In this document: positions 24,255 through 37,830 of the stretch, one piece after another
Numbering within the stretch: the first letter of the stretch is position 1
How the letters are laid out: every line of letters starts with the position of its first letter
NCBI RefSeq assembly: GCF_963921235.1
Contig: NC_086105.1
Span: 49,848,001-49,912,000 of the forward strand
Source: Mobula hypostoma
Taxonomy: Eukaryota
Length of the DNA: 64,000 bases
Direction: 5' to 3'
Program-made: the position numbers and the translations under genes
Notes under the pieces: generated by a model
Seen by the model: the letters and a program-made list of their open reading frames with translations, nothing else
Told to the model about the DNA's origin: nothing
Database searches by the model: none

Positions 24255-26990
24255 ATAGATATAGAACAGTGCAGCACAGTAAAGGCTCTTAAGCATATGA
24301 TGTTTTGCCAAACTTTTATTGCATTCCGAAATTGACGCACTTGGAGTTGGAGCCGTGCTGGTTGGAGTGAACGATTCAAAGGGGAGAAGACGGGACAGAG
24401 GAGTTCTGATGCCTGTCCAACTAATCTGGTTTGGAGGGTGGATTGCTCTAAGCCATATTGGAGAAGTCGAAAACGAGTTCTTCAGCAGCAAAATCCAGGT
24501 CCAAAGCAAATCACTGGGCGGCTTGTTCAAGGCCCGGAACGAAATGCTGTGGTGAGGCCTGGGTCCTAATGCGAGGTAAAATCCACTGTTTGAACAGTCT
24601 AGATGCTGGCCCATATAAACTGGAAAGGCAAGGTGTTGAGAGTCAGGCAAGGCTGGATCATTCTGTGCACCAAGTGGATATGGAGAGGTCAAGAACGGCT
24701 CCTTCAGCAGCAAAATCAAGGCCCGGAGCAATATACCAGAGGCGGGGCCAATTCCTGGTACAAGGTCTGGACAATTTAAGGGCCAACCCAGATAGTCTGG
24801 GGGCTTCTCCCTCACAATACTAAGGCTGTAAAACTGCCATTGTATACACTTTCTATCATGTCACCTCTGATCTTTGTTCCAAAGGGAAAATCCTAGCTCA
24901 CTCAACCTATCCTTTTTGGGCATGCTCTCTAATCCAGGCAGCATCTGGTAAATCTCCTTGGCACTCTCTCTAAAGTTTCCACATCCTTCCTATAATGAGG
25001 CGACCAGAACTGAACACAATACTCCAGGTGCAGTCTAACCAGAGTTTTATAGAACATTATCTCATGCTCTTGAACTCAATCCACAAATAATGAAGGCCAA
25101 CATACCATACACTTTCCTAACCACCCTATCAGTCTTTGTGGAAATTTTGAGGGTCTATGGACATGGACCCTAAGATCTCTCTGTTTTTCAACATTCTAAG
25201 AATCCTGCCATTAATCTTGTCGCGTTCAAGTGTGACCTTCTGAAGTGTATCACTTCACACTTCTCCAGATTGAACTCTACCTGCCATTTCTCAGGCCAGC
25301 TCTGTGTCTTGTCAATGCCCAGTTGAAACCAACAGCAACCATTTACATTATCCAGAACACCACCAACCTTTGTGTCATCTGCGAACTTACTAACCTCTCC
25401 CCTTCACTTCATCCAAGTCATTTATAAAAATAGCTAAGAGCAGAGGTCCCAGATCAGATCTCTGTGGACAAACACTAGTCACTGACCTCCAGGTAAAATA
25501 CGCTCCATCTACTATTATCCTCTGCACTCAGTGAGCAAGACAATTCTGAATCAACATAGCCAAGTTTCCCTAGTTTCCATGCCACCTGACTTTCTGAATG
25601 AATCTACTATGAGGAATCTTCTTGCATGCCTTATTAAAACCTCTCTACCTTAATCAATTTGTTTCATCACATCCTCAAAGAAGTCAATCAGATGCATGAG
25701 ACATTCTATTTCTCTCACGAAGCCATGCTGACTATCCTTAATCAGACAATGTGTTTCCAAATGCTCATAAATACGTTCTCTTAAGAATCCTCTCTAATAG
25801 TTTTCCCATCACTGGTTTAGAATTCCCAGAATTATCCCTATTACCTTTCTTGAACGAAGACATAACATTTCCCACCCTCCAATCTTCTGTTACTATTCCT
25901 GTGGCCAGTAAGAACGCAAAGATCATCAACAAATGTGCAGCAAACTCTCTCCTCACTTCCAGTGCTAACCTGAAGTATATCCCATTCAAACCCAGGGACT
26001 TAGCTATTCTAATGTTTTTCAGAAGTTCCAGCACACTTTCTTTCTTACCTTGACATGTTCCAGCATACTGACCTCATATTTCTTACGATCCCTTTCAGAG
26101 GTGAATGTTGAAGCAGAGTATTCGTTAAAGGCCTTTCCTACCCCCTCCAACTGGAGGCACATGCTTCCTCTTTTATTTCTGATTGGTCCTGCCCTCACTC
26201 TAGTCATCCTGTTGTTCTTTACGTACATGTAGAACATCTTCAGGTTTTCCTTAATTCGACTCAATAAGGCCTTTTCATGTCCCCTTCTAGCTCTCCAAAG
26301 TCCCTTCCTAAGTTCCTTCCCAGCTACCATATAACTATCTTATCCATGCTTCCTGAACCTTAAATATGCTTCCTCTTGACTAGATATTCCACTTATCTGG
26401 TCAACCATGGTTCCTTCACTCAATCATCCTGTAACTGCCTCAATGAGACAAACCTCTCAAGAACTCCATTTGCTTTCTAATCAACCTCCACATTTCCAAT
26501 GTACATTTTGCTGAATTCATCTGATTCCAATTTATGCTTCCACGTTCCTGTCTAATGCATCATAATTCATCCCCCACCAATTAAATACTTTCCCATATTG
26601 TCTGCTCCTAAACCTATCCAAGACTATGGTAAAGGTCAGGGAGTTGTGATCTCTGTTTCTGAAATGCTCACTACCTGACCAGGCTCATTGTCTAGTACTA
26701 GATCCAGTGTGGCCTCTCCTCTAATAGGTCTCTCCACATAATGTGTCAGGAATCCTTCCTGAATACACCTATCAAACTCTACCCGATCTAATCGTTTTGC
26801 ACTAATCAATATTAGGAAAGTTGATGTTACCAATGACAACAACTCAGTTAATTTTGCAAAATCTGCCTCCCGATTTGTTCCTCAACATCTCAGTTGTTGC
26901 TTTGTGGGGCGGGGGGGGGTGGGGCTATTTAGTCTATAGAATACTCCCAAAAGAACATTTGCACCCTTCCTGTTTCTGACTTCCACACAT
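24255..26990 (-). mobile_element. CR1 LINE (EN to 3' end), decayed, with an unassigned insert at ~24320-24825
   Basis: YVERPIRGEATLDLVL, EDWRVGNV and CR1 3' UTR remnants. Confidence 0.8.
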
Positions 26991-27474
26991 TAATAGAACT
27001 TCTATCTCAAAAAGACTTCATATATTGGAAGGACATCACCTCAGTCAAAGAGTATTAGATTTGATGCTCCAAATTAGTAGGCAAGAATAGGTTATCCTCA
27101 AAGCACCAACCAACACAATTGTCAAGTGCAAAATCAGTTACTCTATTGAGTTTCCCTGTAGCCGTAGTGAAAGTTGGAAAGTCTCTGTTGTGTACAGTAA
27201 GCTGTTCTTCGTGACATTCAGGAATTGCCCTGATGTTTACTATAAATGTTATATGTCTTTAAATTTTATATGTTTGACTGCAGAACTTTCCTTACTGACT
27301 CATTAGAACAAGTACTTGCTGGTAAATTGAGAAACCTGCTTGCTGGCAAGTTTGGGTAGTCAAGCTGACACCAAGCCAACAAAAACAGCATGACTGGCAA
27401 GATTGACGGTAATCCCAATTTATACCTCTGCTTTGATGCTGCTGTATCCACTATTTTTATTTACAGCTTGATAG

Positions 27475-29370
27475 AAACATACAAGTTAGAGGGACAGAGA
27501 TAGGGTTATGCAGAATGGAATCAAGCCTTTGGCCTGAGTCTTACATGCCAAATGTGGTACCTTTCTATCTTAAATCCTATTTTCCTGCATCTGCCCCATA
27601 TCCCTTTATTCCTTTCTTCTTCTTCAAGGCTAATAAGTTTAATGACTTCTTCACTACCCTATACACCTGTGTCACCATTTCTGGGGAATTATGAACTTGT
27701 AGTTCAAGGACTCTCTGTACATTAATGCTTCTAAAAGTCTTGCTGTTTACTGTAAGTCCTGCAGTTTTAACATCCAGTGCATTACAGCACACTTGCCAGC
27801 AGAAAGTTGTATCTGCCACTGCTCTGCCCAACTTTCCAGAAGAGCTGTATCTCTCTGTATCCTTAGGCTACCATTTTTCACCCATCTTACTGTCACCAGC
27901 AAACTTATATATCAGACCAAAGCCATTCTCATCCAAGTCATATATATGACCTGAAAATCGCAGCATCATCACCATAGTACATCAGTGGTTACAGACTACC
28001 ATTTAGGGAAAACCTACCTCCTATCTCTTATCATTATAATTTTTGGATCCAGTCTGTCAAAGAACTTGGATCCCATGGACCAGCCTACCATGTGGAACCT
28101 TGTCAAAAACCTTGCTTGAGGCCATATCTATCAATTTGCCTTTATCAGTTTTCCTGGTAGACTCCTTTGAAGAACTCAATCAGATTTATGAGGCAGAATT
28201 TCCCAAGCACAAAATCACACTGACTCCATCAGCAGTCCCTGCCTTTCCAAGTGATAATTACTTCCATTACTAAGAGTCTTTTTTTCCATAATAATTTCCC
28301 TACTATTCCCATATGGCTCACTGGATTGTAGTTTCTTGGCTTATCCCCACCACTGTTCTTCAATATATTTACAGCATTAGCTATCCTCCATTCTGCTCAG
28401 AACCCCAGCAGTCTGGTACCTCATTGCCCATAACACGCTGGGATGGATGTCATCAGGCCCTTGTCACCTTAATGTACGTTAATATCTCTCACATGCATAT
28501 TCTAGTTAATCAGCAAATATTTTCCCTAACTTTTCATCCTCATCATCTTCCTGGAGAATACTAACACAAAGTATTCATTCAGCATACCATGCATATCCCT
28601 GGCTTTAAACAAAGATTTACCCTGGGGGGAATAACACTCTCCTAGCTACCCCTTTGCTTCTAATGTAATTTTAAAAGTGTTTTGGAATTTTATTTTTATT
28701 TATATTTGCCAGGGCATTTTCATGCTAGATTTGTCCTCCTAAATGTTTTCTTAATCTCTTTTATCCTCTAAGCTAGGGATAGTCAGCATGGTTTGGTGAA
28801 GGGTAGGTCATGACTCGTGAGCCAGATTGAATTATTTAAAGATGTGACAATGCATATTGATTAACGTAGAGCAGTGTATGTAGTGTATATAGATTTTAGT
28901 CAGGGGTTTGATAAGGATCCCCATGCTAAGCTCATTTAGAAAGTCAGGAGGATTGGGATCGAGGGAGATTTGGCGGTGTGCATTCAGAATTTGCTTGCCC
29001 ATAGAAGGGAGACGGTGGTTGTAGATTAAATATGCTTTGCCTGGAGGTCAGTGACCAGTGGTATTTCACAGAGATCTGTTCTGGGACCCCTGCTCTTTAT
29101 GATTTTATGATGTAAGTTTTTTTTTTAACATAGAGAGTGGTAGGTGCATGGAATGCCCAGCCAGGGATGGTGGTTGAGGAAGATACGTTTGGGGCATTTA
29201 AGAAACTCTTAGACACATGGATAATAGAAGAATGAAAGGCTATGTAGGAGGGAAGGGTTAAATTGATCTTAAGAGTAGATTAAAATGTTGGCACAGCATC
29301 ATGTGCCAATGGCCTGTACTGTGCAGTAATGCACAATACTGTGCAGACCATAAACCATATTCTATGGTCT
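27475..29370. mobile_element. Old CR1 fragments (- strand to ~28770, + strand ~28775-29370)
   Basis: RT and 3' UTR remnants. Confidence 0.65.
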
Positions 29371-32302
29371 ATATCTCAAAAGGGGCTCATAATAACAATT
29401 TTGCATTCCTGACAAGGGTTTAATTCTTTTCCCTAATCATACCTTCAATTTGTTCAGTTAACCATGGTTCTCTAATCTAACCATCCTTTCTTCTTACCCT
29501 TACAGCAATATCCTGACTCTAATTTCGTACTATTTCACTTTTAAACACCTTACACATTGGATAATCTTTTCCCTCTAGTAGGAGAGAATGGAGAGTTAGG
29601 GACGCCATGAGGCAGAAGGGATTCATTGTGTTATGCATTTAATTACTTATTAGCTTGGCGTAACATCATTGGTGGAAAGGCTGTCAATGTTCCAGGCACT
29701 CCCAATTGGTGTGTTTTCAAAATCTTTTCCCCATGATAAGGTTATTAGAAAGAAGAAAGCATAGTTTTAAGGGAGGAGGTGGGTGTATTAAAAAGGATCT
29801 AAGGTGTAATTATATTACACAGGTAATGGTTGATATCTGGAATGTCACCTGACAAACAACCTGTAAACTTCTAATCTCTGCTGAACTCAACCTTCCGGAT
29901 AATGGCTATCAATAATATGCCCTGAGGAGTGGATCCTGATTACAGAAGCCATTTTGGGTTTCCTGTGTGAAAATGGAAACATGGATTGGACAGTCCATAT
30001 TAGTTGGTTCAAGATCCTTTGTGGTGCTTTTGTTAATAATTCAAAGTGTGTGAAAAGAGGGACAAAACAATATTATCAATTTCAAGAGTGTGATGAATGA
30101 GGCATCACAAATTGGTTCTCAATAGACAAGTGTCCATTGTCACATTTAGAAATGCTCTAGAATTTTTTTTGGCCCAAAAATCCCTCAGAAGGCTGTACTT
30201 TCCAGCTACATTTCTGGTATATTTTAAAACTGCTGATCTAAGGAAGTCCATAAGTTTTAGGATCAATTATAATTCTCAGCAAGAGAGCATAAAATATTAG
30301 TTTTAAGTAAGTGTAGCAAGGGATGTAATTGATAACCAATTAAATAAATTCAAATACAGAACAACCATAATTTAACTGAATAATAAACCAAGCTTAATGG
30401 GTTTAACATCTAGCCGTGTTCCTCAGACTTGCTGTTTACTGCTATTAAGAAAATGGTGCAGTTGATAACATTCTTTTGTGACTGGATCTTTACAAGCAGC
30501 TTTCAGTGATCGTCATAACTCCTCAGCCAACAGCCAATTTATGAATGATGCAAAGCATCTATTTTGGTAGGCCTGATTGTACTTGGGTTTTAAGAGAGAA
30601 CAAGTAATCTAATTTGTTAATGCTTATTCAGCAACAGCACAGGCATAGTTTGATAGTTTGTCCTTAACTTTTGGGTGTTTATCTGCCAATTTACTTCTGT
30701 GGAGTTATTTGCATTTAGGAACAAGTGCAAATGCTGGGAGATTTAAGGGAAATGAGAGAAGAAAGAATGCATTTTCTCCAAGCTTCCAGACATTAAAGAC
30801 AAATCTTCAGGAGAGTGCTGTTAGGAACCCGAGAGGCAAAACATAGGTTATTACAGAAAGTTTTTAGGAAGTTTTCATTTGAACATTTAAAAATATTAAA
30901 TATATTAAAATCCTTATTGTTGGAGGTTGTGGGGGAGGTTGCAGGGCACTGCTACTAGACAATCACAAAAGAGCCAATTGACTAACAAAATATTTCATCC
31001 TATTGTCATCAGTAAGTTGGTGCATATTGATGATGGGCACACGTTAGATGATGTGGAGCGGGGAAGGGGCAGGCTTGTTGAAGGTAGAAGGTCATGTGAT
31101 GAAACTTTGAGGAATATGTCTGCAGTTGCCAGTCTTGTTGACAACAAACATAGGAAGCATTGTAGAGGCACAGAATCAGTCTGTCATGGGAAATTTATAT
31201 TTTTAAATTGCAAAATTAATTACAATAAAAATGTAACAATCAAGTATATGATCTGCAATAAGCAACAGCAATATTTACCTTTCACTATATGAACTTATAG
31301 ATGGTGAGATTTGTGTTCATGGCTTCTATCAATCCAGGCCCTCCTGCCCTCAGGTATACAGGACTCAAAATTAGCTTTCTCAATTCATCTTCACTAAATG
31401 ACTATTGGAGACAAATAAGCTAGGAGGTACCATTCGAAAGTCAGGAGTCATAGGTGAGGCGGTGACTGAAGAGGTGCTGGAAAGCTGAAAGGCCTGAGGG
31501 TGATTTAATCATCTGGACCAAATGGACTATACCCCAAAGTTCTGAGCAAGGTAGCCGTAGAGACATTAGTATTGATCTTATAAGAATTACTGGTCATGGA
31601 GGGTCCCAGAGAACTGGAAAATTACTAATATAATGGCATGTTCAAGAAAGGAGGGAGAAATGACAGGAACGTGTAGGCCATCAAGTCAGGCCTCAGCAGT
31701 TAATAAGTTTTAGAGTCCATTAATAAGGATGAAATTTTGGAGTGTTTGGAAATATGTGCTAAAATAGGGCACAGGAGCACGGTTTCATCAAGGAAAGAAC
31801 TTGCCTGACAAACCTGTTAGAATTAATTCTTTGAGAATACAACAAGCAGGTTAGGCAAAGGAGAGTAGGTGGATGTTATTTACTTGGATTTTCAGTAGGC
31901 CTTTCACCAGGCTCTGCACCAAAGGTTGCTAAATAAGCGGCTATGGTGTTAAGAGACAAGATATTAGATGGATAGAAAACAGGCTGACTGACAGAAGACA
32001 AAAATTAGGAATAAAGTGGGCCTTTTCAGGATGGCTGCAGGTATCTAGTGGAGTTCCATGGGATCATTGTTGAGACAAGAACTTTTCACTTTATACATTA
32101 ATGATCTAGATGAAGGAGCTAAAAGCATTGTGGTGAAGTTTGTGGACAATACCAAGATAGGTGAAGGGACAGGTTGTGTTGCAGAAGCAGAACATCTGCA
32201 GAAGGACTTAGATAGGTTTGGAGAGTGGGCAAAGAAGTGGCAGATGGAATATACCTTAGGGAAGCTGGGATTATGCACTTTGATGGGAAAATTAAATCTA
32301 TA

Positions 32303-32781
32303 CACAAACAAGAGAAAATATGCAGATGCTGGAAATCCAAGCAACACACACAAAGTGCTGGAGGAACTCAGCAGGCTAGGCAGCATCATGGATAAAGTAC
32401 GGTTGACGTTTCAGGCCAAGACCCTTCAGCAGGACTGCAGAAAAAATGATGAGTAGATTTAAAAGTTTGGGGGGGGGGCGGTTGGGGAGAGAGAAACACA
32501 AGGGATAGGTGAAACCAGGAGGGGGAGAGGTGAAGTAAAGAACTGAGAAGTTGATTGGTGAAAGGGATTCAGGACTGGAGAAGGGGGAGTGTGGAAGTCC
32601 ATGGAAGAAAGAAAAGAGGGGAGGAGCACCAAAGGGAGGCGATGGACAGGCAACGAGATAAGGTGAGAGAATGGTGAGGGGGCGGGGGAGACATTACTGG
32701 AAGCTTGAGAAATCAAAGTTCATGCCATCAAGTTGGAGGCTACCCAGACGGAATACTTGGTGTTGCTCCTCCAACCTGAGT
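32303..32781 (-). mobile_element. Penelope 3' fragment with complete pLTR end
   Basis: Similar to 2440-2930; flanked by the imperfect duplication ttaaatct(a/g)ta (32292-32302 / 32790-32800). Confidence 0.8.
32401..32436 (-). ncRNA. Hammerhead motif (CUGCUGA variant) in a Penelope pLTR
   Basis: AGUC-CUGCUGA-AGGGUCUUGGCCU-GAAAC-GUC-AACC. Confidence 0.65.
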
Positions 32782-34219
32782 ATGGAAGGTTAAATCTGTA
32801 GACTATTTTCTAAATGGAGAGAAAACTTAGAAATTGGAGGTGCAAAGGTACATGGGAGTCGTTTTTCAGGATTTCCTTGATTAACTTGATAGTTGAGTCT
32901 GTAGTAAGGAAGACAAATACAATGTTAGCATTCATTTTGAGAGGACTAGAATATAAAGGCAAGGTTGTCTGCCAAGTATTTATGAGGCATAGATCTGCCT
33001 ACATTAGAATATTATGAAAAATTTTAGGCTCCATATTTAAGGAAAGATGTGTCCGCAGAGAAGGTTTACAAGAGTTCAGAAAGATGTGTTGGGAAGATTA
33101 CATTGAAACCTACCAAATATTGAAAAGCCTGGGTAAAAGAGGACGTAGAGGGAATGTTTACATTAGTAGGAGATTCTCATATCTGACAGCATAGGCAAGA
33201 GTAAATGGTTGCCATTTAGCATTGAGATGGGGAGGAGTTTGTTCAGCCAGAGGGTGATAAATCTGTGGAATTTATTGCCTCGGAGTGCTGTGGAGGCAAG
33301 TTATTGAGTTTTATCTAAGGCAGAGTTCCACAAGTTCTTGATTGGTAAGGGAGTTAAGGATTATGGGGAGAAAGCAGGAGAATGGAGTTGAGTAAAGATC
33401 GTGGAGTAACATTTTGTACACCGGGGGATGGTGAATATATGGAACGAGTTGCCAGAGGAATTGGTTGAATGAGGTACAATAGTATCATTTAATAAGCGCT
33501 TGGATAGACATTGCTTAGAGGTAAATGGTTGAGAACAGGAAACTGGAACCAGTTGGGATGGTCTGCATGGACTCATTGAGTTGTATCTCTGCTATATTGC
33601 TCTAAATGAGAAAAAAAAACATGATTGAATGGCAGAGAAGATTCAATAGACTGAATGGCCTAATTATGCTGCTATGTTTTCTGACTTTATGATCATTCCT
33701 GTCTGTGGAACCTATGGGTACACCTTATCATTTTCAGTGTGTAAAATTCATACGTAAAAGTTAACATTTTAACAAGGGAAGCTGTAATGTCAGACTCATA
33801 ATTCTGAAATTTTAGTTTTATACTAGCTCAGCGAAGAGCAGCTGAACCAAGGAACAGTTTTGTAAATATTTGGGAAACGATGAAGAAGTCCCTATGGTCA
33901 GGACAATAAGTGCGGCTGTGGACAACTACATAAAACAGAGGAAATAGGTGAAGCTTCCGTTGCACTGGATGATGAATTGCAGATGCTTGGAAATTAGATT
34001 GCATTGCTATATTTTGCTCTGCTATGCATTATCACTTTCAGGGATTAAGGATTCACTGTAAGTTGCACAAAGCCTGCAATATTCCTCCTTTCTCCTCTAT
34101 GCATCTAACATACCAATGCACAGAGATACCTATGTAATGCTGCCACATGCCATAAAGATCTCTGCCTGCACAAGTCATAAACTGTGCTGTCCACTGATGG
34201 CACTTTTAAGTCACTATAT

Positions 34220-37200
34220 AGGTTGGCTGACCTGTAACACCAGAGGTCCCAACGCACTAGACCACTGTTATACTAAGATAAGGAATGCCTACCGTTCCAT
34301 ACTCAGACCTTATTTCAGGAAATCTGATCACTTGGCTGTCCTTCTCCTACCTGCATCCAGGCAGAGGCTAAAGAATAAGGCTCTAGAGTTTAGGACAACA
34401 AAGAGGTGATCACAGGAGGCAGTAGAGTGGATATGGAATTGCTTTGAGTCAGTGGACTGGGCCGTGTTCCAGAACTCATCTGTGGATCTGAATGAATTAG
34501 TTGTCACAGACTTTATAAAAACAGTAGTAGATCAGCGTGTCCTCACAAAACCATTCAGTCTTCCCCAAACAGGAGCCCTGGATGAACCATGAAATCCTCA
34601 ATCTTTTGAGGGCCAGATCAGAGGCATTCATGGCTGGTGACCAATTAAGTTACAAGATGTCCAGGTACTATCTCTGGAAAACTATCTCATGGATGAAGTG
34701 ACCATTCTGGACTAAAACTGAATCAATGAAGAATGCTTGACATTTGTGGCAAGGCTTGAATGCTATCCCTCTTATAAAGTAAAATCAAGCGATATAGGCA
34801 ACAACAGGACTTCACATCCAGAAGAGCTCAATACCTTCTATGTTCTCTTTGACCATCAAAACATGGAGGAACCATCACAAATTTCCACAGCCCATGATGA
34901 TCCTGTGATTTCAGTCTGAGGCTGACGTGCAAGCATCCTTCAGAAGGGTGAACCCATGGAAAGCATCTATCCAGTTGGGGAGTTGGGTACCTGACCAAGT
35001 ACTGAAGACCTGCACTAATCAACTGGCTGAAGTGTTCACTGAGACCTTTAACCCCTCACTTTGGCAGTCTGAACTACCAACCTGTTTCAAGCAGGCTTCA
35101 ATTATGCTGAAGAAGAGCTTGGTAACCTGCCTCAATGATTATCATGCACAGTGATGAAGTGTTTTGAGAAGTTAGTGATGAAACATAGCAATTACTGACT
35201 GAGAAGAAACTTGGATCTGCTCAAATTTGCCTATTGGCACAACAGGTTCACAGCAGGTGCTATCTCATTGGCTCTTCACTCAACCCTGGAATATCTGGAC
35301 AGTAAAGATGCATACATCAGAATGCTGTTTATCGACTACAGCTTGGCATTCAGTGCCATCATCCCCTCAATACTAATCAATAAGCTTCAAGACCTTGGCC
35401 TCAATACCTCCCTGTGCAACTAGATCCAATTTCCTAACTTGTGGACTCCAGTCAGTTTGGATTGGCAACAACATTTCCTCCACAATCTCTATCAGCACAG
35501 GTGTGCTTAGCTCCTGGTCTACTCACTTTACCCTTATGATGATGTGGCTAAGCATAGCTCCGTTGCTATATTCAAGTTTGCTGATGACACCACTGTCGTA
35601 GGCCAAATCAAAGGTGGTGATGAATCAGCATATAGGAGGGAGATTGAAAATCAGGCTGACTGGTGCCAGAACAACCACCTCTTACTCAATGTCAGCATGA
35701 CCAAGGAGCTGATTATTGACTTCAGGAGAAGGAAACCAGCGGTCCATGAGTCATTACTCATCACAGGATCAGAGTTGGAGAGGCTAAGCAGCTTTAATTT
35801 TTCATTGTTATCATTTGATGACCTGTCCTGGGTCCAGCGCATAAGTGCAATTACAAAGAAAGCACAAAGGCACCTCTGCTTGCTTAGGAGCTTGCAAACA
35901 TTCGGCATGACATCTAAAACTTCGAAAAATTTCTTTAGATGCATAGTGGTGGAAGGTATATTGGCTGGCCACATCACAGTCTGGTATGAAAACACCAATG
36001 CCCTTGAACAGAAAATCCTACAAAAAGTAGTGGATATGGCCCAGTCCATCTTGGGTAAAGCCCTCCCCACCATTGAGCACATCTACACAAAACGTCACAG
36101 GAAAGCAGCAGCTATTGTCAGGCACCCCAGCACACAGGACCTGCTCTTTTTTCGCTGCTGCCATCAGGAAGAAGGTACAGGAGCCTCAAGACTCAGACCA
36201 CAAGGTTCAGGAAAAATCATAAACACAAAATAATCTACAGATGCTGGGGTCAAAGCAACACTCACAACACGCTGGAGGAACTCAGCAGGTCAGGCAGCAT
36301 CCGTGGAAAAGGTCAGTCGATGTTTCGGGCCAACCTGCTGAGTTCCTCCAGCATGTTGTGAGTGTTGCTTCAGGAACAATTATTACCCCTCACCCATCAA
36401 GCCCTTGAAACATAAGGGATAACTTCACTCACCCCATCACTTGCTCCATCCCACAACCCATAGACTTACTCTTGATTCCACACGGTAGGCTTATTCAGAA
36501 AGTTAGAAGGCATGGGATCCAGGGAAGTTTGGCCAGGTGGATTCAGAATTGGCTTGCCTGCAGAAGGCAGAGGGTGGTGGTGGAGGGAGTACATTCAGAT
36601 TGGAGGATTGTGACTAGTGGTGTCCCACAAGGATCTGATCTGGGACCTCGACTTTTCGTGATTTTTATTAACGACCTAGATGTGGGGGTAGAAGGGTGGG
36701 TTGGCAAGTTTGCAGACGACACAAAGGTTGGTGCTGTTTTAGATAGTGTAGAGGATTGTCAAAGATTGTGGAGAGACATTGATAGGATGCAGAAGTGGGC
36801 TGAGAAGTGGCAGATGGAGTTCAACCAGGAGAAATACACTTTGGAAGGACAAACTCCAAGGCAGAGTACAAAGTAAGTGGCAGGATACTTGGTAGTGTGG
36901 AGGAGCAGAGGGATCTCGGGGTACATGTCCACAGATCCCTGAAAGTTGCCTCACAGGTGGATAGGGTAGTTAAGAAAGCTTATGGGGTGTTAGCTTTCAT
37001 AAGTCGAGGGATAGAGTTTAAGAGCCGCGATGTAATGATGCAGCTCTATAAAACTCTGACTCTGGTTAGGCCACACTTGGAGTATTGTGTCCAGTTCTGG
37101 TCACCTCACTATAGGAAGGATGTGGAAGCATTGGAAAGGGAACAGAGGAGATTTACCAGGATGCTGCCTGGTTTAGAAAGTATGCATTATGATCAGAGAT

Positions 37201-37830
37201 TAAGGGAGCTAGGGCTTTGCTCTTTGGAGAGGAGGAGGATGAGAGGAGACATGATAGAGGTGTACAAGATAATAAGAGGAATAGCCGAGTGGATAGCCAG
37301 CGCCTCTTCCTCAGGGCACCACTGCTCAGTACAAGAGGACATGGCTTTTAAGGTAAGGGGTGGGAAGTTCAAGGGGGATATTAGAGGAAGGTTTTTTACT
37401 CAGAGAGTGGTTGGTGCATGGAATGCACTGCCTGAGTCAGTGGTGGTGGCAGATACACTAGTGAAGTTTAAGAGACTACTAGACAGGTATATGGAGGAAT
37501 CTAAGGTGGGGGCTTATATGGGAGGCAGGCTTTGAGGGTCGGCACAACATTGTGGGCCAAAGGGCCTGTACTGTGCTGTACTATTCTATGTTCTATGTTG
37601 ATATTTATTGTTTGTTTATTTATTTATTATTATTTCATTCTTTTTGTATTTGCACATTTTGTTGGGTTTTTTTTGTCCATTGGTTGAACACCTAGTTGGT
37701 ACTGTCTTCTATTATAGTTATTATTTTATTATGGATTTATTAAGAATGCCCTCAAGAAAATGAATCTCAGGATTGTATATGGTGACATCTATGCACTTTG
37801 AGAATAAATTTACTTTGAACTTTGATCTTT
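34220..37830 (+). mobile_element. Rex1/Babar-like LINE ORF2 and 3' UTR, interrupted by a pLTR fold-back and a CR1
   Basis: TRGPNALDHCY...[24 protein letters not shown]; AATAAA plus tttgaactttga tail. Confidence 0.88.
36472..37597 (+). mobile_element. Relatively young 5'-truncated CR1 LINE
   Basis: Long ORF pieces [41 protein letters not shown]; (TTCTATG)n tail. Confidence 0.92.

Larger units (their letters stand above)
31450..33690 (+). mobile_element. Decayed CR1 RT and 3' end, interrupted by a Penelope fragment
   Basis: LFTLYINDLDEG...KFVDNTKIG...WAKKWQMEY. Confidence 0.8.

Noticed and set aside
24249-24815. 188-aa minus-strand ORF
   Set aside because: No recognisable domain or splice context; it lies within a repeat insert
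35544-37535. 229-aa and 242-aa ORFs as host genes
   Set aside because: They are frameshifted Rex1 and CR1 reverse transcriptase fragments
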